Below, piece by piece: positions 33,849 to 42,212 of a stretch of 64,000 nt of DNA. Location: the NCBI GenBank assembly GCA_044226015.1, contig JBGAHS010000004.1, positions 256,001 through 320,000 of the forward strand, given 5' to 3'. The first letter of the stretch is position 1. Every line of letters starts with the position of its first letter. The notes under the pieces are model-generated. The model ran no database searches and was not told where the DNA came from. It was given only the letters and a program-made list of their open reading frames with translations. This stretch comes from Candidatus Obscuribacteraceae bacterium (lineage in GTDB: Bacteria; Cyanobacteriota; Vampirovibrionia; Obscuribacterales; Obscuribacteraceae). Position numbers and translations under genes: made by a program.

Positions 33849-34813
33849 TGTCATCTTCTCTGGATATTGAAGCTATTGTGAAAGACGCTTACGCGGCTCT
33901 GGATGATGATGAACTTCAGAGAGCAATGGAGCTTGCCGCACTGCTTTTGGAAACGCGGCATGCTCGCGGCTTTGAAATTATGGCGCTCGCCCTGGAAAAG
34001 CAAGATCGATTTGAGGAAGCTATTGATTTGCTGAGAAAGGGCGTTTCGATTATTCCTGACGCTTACCCATTGTGGGAATTAATGGGAAATCTCTATTCCA
34101 AGGAAAAGGAATACGACAAGGCTGAAACTGCCTATGTGACTGCGCTTTCTTGCTATGGTTCTAACAGCGGTTCCATAACATACAACATGGCTGTGATGTT
34201 GCGTCACGCAGGAAAGGCGAAACAAGCATATACCGTCACTGAACATATTCAGGACCCCGCTCTTGCGGTCAAAGTAAATACTTTGCGGGTTTCACTTCTA
34301 AATAGTCTGCAGGAATACGAAGAAGCTGCAGAGCTCGCAAATCAACTTATAAACGAAATTATGTCACTGGAAGAACTCGGTGATGAAGATATGAAAGATC
34401 TCGCGCAAGTCTACGCAGAGCTTGGGCGAGCGATATATTTGGGAACAGGCAACAAACAAGGTGCATTCGAGAATGCCTGGAAGTCGTTAGAGTGGGAGCG
34501 CTCTGAGCCAACAGCACTATGGCTGGTGCGTGAGTTAATTGGTAGAAAGTCAGCCGACTCTCGTTGGTTCAGGTTGGAAGTAGAAGGTCACTGGTACTTC
34601 CCGCTTGAGCAAGGTAAGACGCCACCGAAGTTTCGGGTTACTTATGACATAGTCGCGGACAACATAGATGAAGCTATGATGTTTTCAAAGCATCTCGAGC
34701 CACCAGAAATACGCGAGTCCATGCAAGTGAAATCGGTGAGTGACCGCGGTTCTCATGCGCAATTCACTCAAGGACTCTACTGGCGCAGCCCCTATAATTT
34801 TGTAGTCGGCTAA
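33848..34813 (+). CDS. TPR protein
   Basis: Helical repeats such as DRFEEAIDLLRKGV and KEYDKAETAY. Confidence 0.7.
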   Translation: MSSSLDIEAIVKDAYAALDDDELQRAMELAALLLETRHARGFEIMALALEKQDRFEEAIDLLRKGVSIIPDAYPLWELMGNLYSKEKEYDKAETAYVTALSCYGSNSGSITYNMAVMLRHAGKAKQAYTVTEHIQDPALAVKVNTLRVSLLNSLQEYEEAAELANQLINEIMSLEELGDEDMKDLAQVYAELGRAIYLGTGNKQGAFENAWKSLEWERSEPTALWLVRELIGRKSADSRWFRLEVEGHWYFPLEQGKTPPKFRVTYDIVADNIDEAMMFSKHLEPPEIRESMQVKSVSDRGSHAQFTQGLYWRSPYNFVVG

Positions 34814-34814
34814 T

Positions 34815-35924
34815 ATGAATGAACCATCGATTCTTATCACCGGTGGAAACGGCTATGTCGGAGTCAATTTGGCCGAAGCTCTTTTGGCAGAGGGGCGATA
34901 TGCGATTCAGTTGTACTTACATGCTGTTGATCAGGCAGAACTTGAAAGCAAGGCTGAGCCTTTGCGCGAGCGATTTGCGACCTATGTTAATAGTGGACAG
35001 CTTGTGCTCATTGGCGGCGAATTGTCGAATGATCAACCGTTAACTTCGGTCTCTCCTTCTGGTATTAAACAGATTGTCCATTCGGCAGCTGTAACGCGAT
35101 TCAACGTGGAAGAGGAGCTTGCGAATAAAGTAAACATCTCAGGTTCAAGGCATGTGCTTGAGTTTGCGCGGCAATGTGAAAATTTAGAGTCTATTCAGTT
35201 TCTTTCTACTATTTACGCTGCTGGGCTTCGGACCGGAAAGGTAGCAGAGGAGAGGCTTGAAAAATCGACATTCTCAAATCATTATGAGCGTTCGAAATGG
35301 GAATCTGAAGAACTACTCTTTAAGGAGTTTTCTGACATGCCTTTCAATTTGATTCGAATTGCGACGCTCATCTCTGATAATGCTGCTGGAACTGTCAGTC
35401 AGCAAAATGCATTCCATAACACATTGAAGTTGTTTTACTACGGTCTTCTATCGATATTTCCAGGCGAAAAGACATGTCCCGTTTATTTTGTTACCGGTGA
35501 TTTTGTGATTAATTCGCTGCTCTCTATCATGCACAGTTCGGCTACTGCTAAGGTGTTTCACATTTGTCATCGCGATTTTGAAACAGCTCGCCTTGAGCAG
35601 TTGGTTGATACCGTATTTGATACTTTTGAAAAATATTCAGACTTTAAAACGAGGCGCGTCTTGAGACCTCTCTGGTCTGACGTGGAATCATTCGAACTTC
35701 TGCAAGAAGGCATTGGCGGCTTATCTAATGGAGTTATGTCTCAGGCGGTGTCGAGCGTTGCACCGTTTTCTCGGCAATTATTTGCCCCAAAAGAATTCTG
35801 CAATGACAATTTAAGGAGGGTGCTGCCTTCCTACGAGGCTGAAGATCCTCTTCTATTAATTTCAAACGCAGCGAAGTATCTCGCTGATACAAAGTGGGGG
35901 CGTTTGCTCAACCATGCTAAATGA
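34815..35924 (+). CDS. Extended SDR / thioester-reductase-like protein
   Basis: ITGGNGYVG, IVHSAA.T.F, VNISGS, FLST.Y and NHYERSKWESE (YxxxK). Confidence 0.8.
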   Translation: MNEPSILITGGNGYVGVNLAEALLAEGRYAIQLYLHAVDQAELESKAEPLRERFATYVNSGQLVLIGGELSNDQPLTSVSPSGIKQIVHSAAVTRFNVEEELANKVNISGSRHVLEFARQCENLESIQFLSTIYAAGLRTGKVAEERLEKSTFSNHYERSKWESEELLFKEFSDMPFNLIRIATLISDNAAGTVSQQNAFHNTLKLFYYGLLSIFPGEKTCPVYFVTGDFVINSLLSIMHSSATAKVFHICHRDFETARLEQLVDTVFDTFEKYSDFKTRRVLRPLWSDVESFELLQEGIGGLSNGVMSQAVSSVAPFSRQLFAPKEFCNDNLRRVLPSYEAEDPLLLISNAAKYLADTKWGRLLNHAK

Positions 35925-36534
35925 AGAAGAACTCTCAAACTATTTTTCAAACGAACTTGGCACTGAGTTGCGATTTTGTGTTCGTTTTGATGAAATTGTT
36001 ATGGAATGCTTGTCGGCGCCAGAACTGGCTTTGCTTACTGGGTTTAAGCATGAGAAAAAGCGAAGTTCTTGGTTGAGAGGGCGGGCGGCGTTGAAAGAAA
36101 TACTGAATGATGTCAGTTCGTCACGAGATACCGCAGCCTTTCCTGTTCCAAATCCTAAATGTTCTTTGAGTCATACAGATTCTGTGGCTGTCTGTGTAGC
36201 GCGTGTGAAAGGCTCAGGCGTGGGCATCGACATTGAGGGGGCAAGAGAAGTGCGTCCGCCGACGAAGAAATTCTACCTCACAGAAATTGAGCAAGAACAA
36301 ATGGATTGTTCATCGCAAGATGATCTACTTCGCATGTGGACAGTAAAAGAGTCGTTGTTTAAGGCAGACATGCAGAATGCTAACAAGACTGTTCTGAAGT
36401 ATGTAACTGAGAATGCGTCACTTTTCACGGGTGTAGCCACCAATGATGGTGTCAGCGGCAAGCTGTATTTTAAGTATGCAAGCAAAAAATTTGGGCAACA
36501 CTGGTTGTCGGTATCGATTGCGATACAGGAGTGA
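35914..36534 (+). CDS. Sfp-type 4'-phosphopantetheinyl transferase
   Basis: GRAALK, SLSHT, VGIDIE and WTVKESLFKA motifs. Confidence 0.9.
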   Translation: MLNEEELSNYFSNELGTELRFCVRFDEIVMECLSAPELALLTGFKHEKKRSSWLRGRAALKEILNDVSSSRDTAAFPVPNPKCSLSHTDSVAVCVARVKGSGVGIDIEGAREVRPPTKKFYLTEIEQEQMDCSSQDDLLRMWTVKESLFKADMQNANKTVLKYVTENASLFTGVATNDGVSGKLYFKYASKKFGQHWLSVSIAIQE

Positions 36535-36537
36535 GTC

Positions 36538-37104
36538 ATGAGCAACAAACTTAAAGAAAACGAACTCTGGTTGTTGAGTTTCTACAGGACTTCCGAAATT
36601 AGCGGTGCCTTGTTCTTTGGGCGTCTCTGCAAGTCTTTGCGGCCAGGACCGGTGCAGCATGATATGACCAAACACTTCTCCGATGAGGCGGTGCATTCAT
36701 GGCTTTGGACCGACTGTATCACGAAGATGGGTGCTAGCCCCTTGAAGCTTGCCGACTCATACCAAGATCAATATCTTTCTGTCGCGGGAATGCCTGCTAA
36801 CGTTATGGAAATTCTTGCGTTGACTCATGTTTTCGAAAAGCGGGTGATTCGTCAGTATGCTCTGCATTCGCGGGTTCCAGAGCTTCATGCTGAGATTTCT
36901 GAAACCCTGTCCAAAATAATGGATGATGAAAAGTGGCATCTCACTTGGGTTCATTCTGCCTTAGAAAGCATGGAACCAGAGTATGGCAAAGAATACATTG
37001 AGCAAACTATACAACGCTTCTGGGACGCAGATCAGGAGGTTTATTTACGAACTATGAAAGAACACGAAGAGCGAGTTCGAGATTTGGGGATGCTGCTAGA
37101 ATGA
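36538..37104 (+). CDS. Ferritin-like diiron protein
   Basis: SEISG...DEAVH...FE...DDEKWH (E/ExxH twice). Confidence 0.75.
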   Translation: MSNKLKENELWLLSFYRTSEISGALFFGRLCKSLRPGPVQHDMTKHFSDEAVHSWLWTDCITKMGASPLKLADSYQDQYLSVAGMPANVMEILALTHVFEKRVIRQYALHSRVPELHAEISETLSKIMDDEKWHLTWVHSALESMEPEYGKEYIEQTIQRFWDADQEVYLRTMKEHEERVRDLGMLLE

Positions 37105-37129
37105 TTCGTGGGCAAAGCGAGTAAAGCAG

Positions 37130-37360
37130 ATGGTTGAAAGCGAAGAATTTAGAGGACGAATCGCAAAGTTTTTGAAAATTGCGCCAGAGCGTGTCAAGGA
37201 TGATGCAATTTTGACTGAACTTGTGAATGATTCTTTTGCGCTGGTTGATATGGTGGTAGAGCTGCAAGAAGAATATGGTGCCAGGCTGACGCAAGAGAAT
37301 TTGAAGGATGTAAGAACCGTCAACGATCTCTATGTTCAGGTCCAAAGCCACTTGAAGTAA
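37130..37360 (+). CDS. Acyl carrier protein 2
   Basis: 76 aa with NDSFALVDMVVELQEEYG and VRTVNDL. Confidence 0.85.
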   Translation: MVESEEFRGRIAKFLKIAPERVKDDAILTELVNDSFALVDMVVELQEEYGARLTQENLKDVRTVNDLYVQVQSHLK

Positions 37361-37404
37361 GCAGGTTTACACGTTTATTTAGCTCCAATACTAGGACCAA
37401 ATCT

Positions 37405-37599
37405 CTGAAGCTCTAAAGTCCGAGCGCGAGGACCAAGCGCGAGCTGAAGCTCTAAAGTCTGAGCGTGAGGACCAAGCGAGAGCTGAAGCTCTAGAGTCCG
37501 AGCGTGAGGAGCAAGCGTGAGCTGAAGCTCTAAAGTCTGAGCGTCGGAACCCAGTCCGAGTTCAAGCTCTAAGGTCTGAGCGTGAGGACCAAGCGCGAG
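37405..37599. repeat. Intergenic tandem repeat, 5 x 39 bp, between convergent genes
   Basis: Unit CTGAAGCTCTAAAGTCyGAGCGyGAGGACCAAGCGCGAG. Confidence 0.9.
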
Positions 37600-37620
37600 C
37601 TTAACCTCTAATGCGCGAGT

Positions 37621-39099
37621 TCAAACTCTGTTGTTTTTACTTATAGATTCAGCAGCGCTTTTGTTGTTAGAGCGCTTAACTTCATCAATCATTCGCTCGA
37701 CTTGCTTGGAACCAAACAAATCATTTTGTTCTTTATATAGCTGTGCTGCTTTTTCGAGGTCCATCAAAGCGCCTTTATGGTCACCTAGATATTTTTTGCT
37801 TTGCCCTCTGAACTTGTAGGAAACAGGTAGATCTTGCTTGCGTTCGATTGAGTAATTGAAGTCATTTAGCGCTTCCTGGTATTGTTTTTTCACGATAAAT
37901 TCCAAGCCGCGATCTGCATAAGCTGTCGATCCCATGGGGTCAAGCTCGATTGATTTGCCAAAGTCTTTAATCGCATCGTTTGAACGTCCCAATCTAGAAT
38001 AGACCAGACCGCGAGCCTCAAAGAGAGCTGACACAGGTTTGTCGGAAAATTCGATTGCTTTTGTATAGTCGGAAATCGCTCTGTCACTTTGACCAATTGC
38101 AAGATGCGCTTTGGCGCGAAGTGCTAGTAAATTGGAATCTTTTGGACTTATTGCCAGCGCTTTATCGAGGTCTTCAATAGCATTGGAGAACGCGTTCATG
38201 TGCATGTAGACCGAAGCACGCCATTTGTAAGCTTCAAGACCATCGGGGTCGTCTTCCAGCGCTGAGGTGAATTCGCGAATAGCTTCGAGGTATTCGCCGC
38301 TTCTTTCTGCTGCCATGCCGCGTTCAATCAATTGCGCCGCAATGTCTTGTTTCTTGCCAAGTTTTAGTGACTTAGCAAAATGATCACGCAATTCCTTTTC
38401 TTCTTGAGTCTCTGGTCCATATTCCTTATCGAGGAATGAGCTATCCAGAGTTATTGCAGTGTTGAAGTCTCTCAGAGCCTCGGTATTTTTGTTCAGTTGT
38501 TTGAAGTACTTTGCTCGTAGTAAATATGCCTTAGCTTGCTTCGGGTCAAGCTGCAGTGCTTGTTCTAAATCGTTGATGGCTTTCTCTTTTTCGCCACGCG
38601 ATAGCTCGCAGTCAGCACGGCTTATAAACGCCAGTACAAATTTCGGATCTGCCTCAATCGCTGCGTTCAAGTCTCCCATTGCCTTTTCGTATAGTTTGAG
38701 ACCTGTGTATGCTCTGCCGCGACAGACGAGAACCGCGTTACGATTGGCTTTGTCTAGCTCGTACGCTTTGTCGAGATCTGCCAGTGACTCATCAAATTTC
38801 TCGAGTTCTAGAAGAGACAGTCCGCGTTGTAAGTAGAGCCCACCTTTTTTGGGATTGATTTTTATCGCATTGGTGAATTCAGCTACTGCTCCTAAAAAGT
38901 CAGCTTGTGAAAATCGCCCCAGCCCAGCTGCTGTAAGCCTTTCGACTTCGCTTGCAGGAAATGTGTTAACGGTAGGACCGTCCACGCGACTGGGTGGCGA
39001 CGGGGTATCGGCGTCATTGACTCTCGAAAATCCGGGGGTGCTGATGGTTGTGAGGCTGCTAGCAAGCGCTAGAAGGACCAGGATGGATTGCCTTAACAT
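37621..39099 (-). CDS. Secreted multi-TPR protein
   Basis: Signal peptide followed by many canonical TPR units. Confidence 0.85.
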   Translation of the reverse strand: MLRQSILVLLALASSLTTISTPGFSRVNDADTPSPPSRVDGPTVNTFPASEVERLTAAGLGRFSQADFLGAVAEFTNAIKINPKKGGLYLQRGLSLLELEKFDESLADLDKAYELDKANRNAVLVCRGRAYTGLKLYEKAMGDLNAAIEADPKFVLAFISRADCELSRGEKEKAINDLEQALQLDPKQAKAYLLRAKYFKQLNKNTEALRDFNTAITLDSSFLDKEYGPETQEEKELRDHFAKSLKLGKKQDIAAQLIERGMAAERSGEYLEAIREFTSALEDDPDGLEAYKWRASVYMHMNAFSNAIEDLDKALAISPKDSNLLALRAKAHLAIGQSDRAISDYTKAIEFSDKPVSALFEARGLVYSRLGRSNDAIKDFGKSIELDPMGSTAYADRGLEFIVKKQYQEALNDFNYSIERKQDLPVSYKFRGQSKKYLGDHKGALMDLEKAAQLYKEQNDLFGSKQVERMIDEVKRSNNKSAAESISKNNRV

Positions 39100-39418
39100 G
39101 TGCTTTGTTCACTCTTATATAGACCTCCGGTTATTCTAACCGCGCTTGGCGCTTGATATCGCGCTGATTTGGCGATTCTGAGATTAATTGAGCACTTGGA
39201 AAGCTGCTTTCAGTGCTGAGTCCGCTTCCAGCCGTCGGCTGTTTCTGTAGCTTCTCGCGATTCTTTTTTGTTTTGGATCCTGGGAGCGCCGCCATCCTGG
39301 CGGCTTCTCTCGGTGTCCTGTGTGAATGCTTTTGATTATCGGCATCTCGGCAAGCACGTTGTCTCCCGATCAATTATCATGAGTTCTGTTGTCTGATTCG
39401 GAATCAATACACGCTTCG

Positions 39419-40381
39419 ATGTTCTCTCTGATATTGGAAAAAATCGAGAAGTTGGCTATTGCGCTTGGGGTCGTTGTCGGTCCACTTTGTTTTCTTAGCT
39501 ACTTTGGTGCAAACAACGATTTCTTCGATTTGCTGAGCCATTTTAGACTTCAGTTTGCTTTGTGTTTTGTTCTCATTGCATTGGTTTTAGTTCGACGCAA
39601 AATCTACGCTCTGGCTTTTTTCCTTATGGCGGTTTCTGCTGCTCCTGATTTGCCACCATTTTTTCTGAAAGAAAAAGTCATGCAAGCCTCATCTACAAGC
39701 TCTCGTTTGCGAATCTTGCAGATGAATCTATGGTCTAAGCATGAACAATTCGAGAGAATACGAGCGTTAATTGAAAATTCAAACGCAGATCTGGTTGCCC
39801 TGGAGGAAGTTTCGCCTGAAGCAAAAATCTGGATGGCAGCCAACATGCAAACGAAGTATCCATACCAGATTTTGCACACCCGACCAGATTTCTTTGGAAT
39901 TGGGCTATTGAGCCGTTATCCACTCAAGAATTCCAAGCTGTTTTATAGCAAAATTGATCAAGCTCAGTCACCGCCAATGGTGACTACGGAGATTGAGGTC
40001 GATGGATGCAACATAGGAGTTCTGGTCGCTCATCTGCTTCCTCCCTTTGGGGAATATCATTTCACTATGGACAAAGCCATGATTCAGGCGATATCAGACT
40101 TTTGCAAAGATTACAAGGACAAAATAGTCGTAGGTGATTTGAATTTGAGTCAACACTCGTCTTTGTACAAGAAGCTGCTTAGAGACACTGCACTTAGCGA
40201 TAGCGCACGAGGATTTGGTTGGCATCCTACGTATCCCTCATTTACTAAATGTGGAATCTATATTGACCAGTGTCTGACTGGGGGTAACATCGTCGTTTTG
40301 GATAGAAAAAACGGACCATATTTTGGCTCCGATCATTTTCCGGTCGTTATTGATCTCGCGCTGCCGCATGGAACCAAGTAG
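39419..40381 (+). CDS. Membrane-anchored endonuclease/exonuclease/phosphatase (EEP) family protein
   Basis: QMNLW, DLVALEE, GIGLLSRYP, VVGDLN, IDQ and GSDHFPV motifs. Start codon uncertain. Confidence 0.85.
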   Translation: MFSLILEKIEKLAIALGVVVGPLCFLSYFGANNDFFDLLSHFRLQFALCFVLIALVLVRRKIYALAFFLMAVSAAPDLPPFFLKEKVMQASSTSSRLRILQMNLWSKHEQFERIRALIENSNADLVALEEVSPEAKIWMAANMQTKYPYQILHTRPDFFGIGLLSRYPLKNSKLFYSKIDQAQSPPMVTTEIEVDGCNIGVLVAHLLPPFGEYHFTMDKAMIQAISDFCKDYKDKIVVGDLNLSQHSSLYKKLLRDTALSDSARGFGWHPTYPSFTKCGIYIDQCLTGGNIVVLDRKNGPYFGSDHFPVVIDLALPHGTK

Positions 40382-40751
40382 TTTAAATGATTGTGCAGTT
40401 CATGCAGATTTCACACTTAAGTGGTGAACTGTTTTATAAGCTGAATTGGTTTCGTTTCTCCCGTTCCCCGTTTCAGCCGGTGCTGAGTGCGCCACCATCG
40501 TGGTGGCTGGCAGCTCTAAAAATCAGATTGACAGCACTTTTCGATTGAGTGATCTGACCTGCGACATTCGTTGGAACTTAAAGCTGCGTAAATTGAAAAT
40601 TGCTTAAGCATGTCGACCCTTTCCGGTTCTCTGTCGTCACGCAGTCAAAGTGAGAATAATGGAATGATGCATCTCTTTGCAAGTTGGTCAGACGCCCAGA
40701 TTATTAGCTATAATATGCTTTGGCGGTTTGAAACTGGTGGTCCGATCTAGA

Positions 40752-42206
40752 ATGTCGCGCGAACATAATCAACAAAACAGTGTTGGAACATCCGTTGAGG
40801 AGCGAGTTATTCAGGGGCAACCGCGGTCGAGTGGAACATTTTTCTGGCGCTCGCCAGTGGTCATCGGCAGCGTTGTAGCTCTTGTGGCTCTCGTAGGTGG
40901 ATTCTTCGCCTGGCAGCACATGCACGCAACGCCGAAGCAGACTAGCAAAGAAGACAGCACCGTTTCGCTCACTGTAAGCACATCGCAAGCGCGTCTCAAC
41001 GAGATAGATCGTCATCTCGAAGTTAATGGGTCAATATCTGCTTGGGACCCTCTCTCGATTGGTGCCGAAACTTCGGCTTTAAGAGTCGAGTCTGTTCTGG
41101 TTGAAGAAGGCGATCATGTTCGAAAGGGACAGATATTAGCAAGCTTGAACTCATCCGTTTTGCGGGCACAGCTGGAGCAATTGAAGGCCCACCTCAACGC
41201 TGACGAAGCTGCACTCAAGAAAGCCATACAGCCTAATCGTGTCGAAGACATCAACTCTATGCGGGCTGCGCTCTCTGCTTCGGAGGCAAATTTGGCGCAG
41301 GAAGAAGCGAATTTGATTCGTTTGAAAGCGAATGCTGCGAACTCGCAGGAAAATGCTCGTCGATACAACGAGCTTAGAAAAGTTGGTGCAGTAAGTCAGA
41401 TGGATGCTGATACCAAGAATACCGACGCCAAAACATCGACAGCAGATGTTTCTGCTGGAGAGAAACGTGTGGATGCGATGCGCTATGCGCTGCATCAGGC
41501 TAAAGAGAGACTTGCCATGGCTGAACGCGGCGGACGGCAGGAGGACATTCAAATCTCTCGTTCCAGTCTAGAAGAAACTCGAGCCAGGCTTTCTCAGCTA
41601 GAAGCGCAAATCGAGCAAACTATTATTCGAGCTCCTTCTGATGGCAAAATTGTCAAACGCGAGGTCCACCTTGGTGAAATAAGTAGTGTTGGAAAAACGA
41701 TGTTTCAGATGGTGCGCGATAGTCGATTTGAGATGCGCGCTCTAGTGCCTGAAGTTGATCTGGCGCGCATTCGTCCAGGCATGAAAGTCACGATGTCCAG
41801 CATGGGACAGAGCACGCCGGTAGTGGGTGTCATCCGCGAGGTGAGCCCGAGTGTTGATGAAAAAACGCGTTTGGGTATGGCAAGAATCGACCTGCCTGAG
41901 GCTGCAGCTAAAGAGATGAAGCCTGGCTTGTTCTATCACGGTGATATAGATTTGGGGCGTGACAAAGCTATTGTTGTGCCATCAAAGGCGGTGCTAAATC
42001 GCAATGAGAAAGATGTGGTTTTCGTTTGCGAAAACGATCAAGCACACTTGCGCGAAGTGAGCATTGGTGAACCTCTGCTGGATGGAACAATCGAAATCCG
42101 TTCGGGACTGAAGGTTGGTGAGCCCGTAATTGTAAGCGGCGCTGGCTTTATGAAAGACAATGATAAAGTTCGAGCAGTTCCGGAGGGTTCCGATTCTCGG
42201 AACTAA
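40752..42206 (+). CDS. RND efflux periplasmic adaptor (MFP)
   Basis: TM anchor, VEEGDHVRKGQIL, coiled coil, IRAPSDG and GLKVGEPVIV. Confidence 0.9.
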   Translation: MSREHNQQNSVGTSVEERVIQGQPRSSGTFFWRSPVVIGSVVALVALVGGFFAWQHMHATPKQTSKEDSTVSLTVSTSQARLNEIDRHLEVNGSISAWDPLSIGAETSALRVESVLVEEGDHVRKGQILASLNSSVLRAQLEQLKAHLNADEAALKKAIQPNRVEDINSMRAALSASEANLAQEEANLIRLKANAANSQENARRYNELRKVGAVSQMDADTKNTDAKTSTADVSAGEKRVDAMRYALHQAKERLAMAERGGRQEDIQISRSSLEETRARLSQLEAQIEQTIIRAPSDGKIVKREVHLGEISSVGKTMFQMVRDSRFEMRALVPEVDLARIRPGMKVTMSSMGQSTPVVGVIREVSPSVDEKTRLGMARIDLPEAAAKEMKPGLFYHGDIDLGRDKAIVVPSKAVLNRNEKDVVFVCENDQAHLREVSIGEPLLDGTIEIRSGLKVGEPVIVSGAGFMKDNDKVRAVPEGSDSRN

Positions 42207-42212
42207 CCTTCA

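Larger units (their letters stand above)
28497..37360 (+). other. Biosynthetic gene cluster (11 co-oriented, tightly spaced or overlapping genes)
   Basis: ATGA/TGATG overlaps or gaps of a few nt, with carrier proteins, a PPTase, ligases and tailoring enzymes. Confidence 0.85.
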
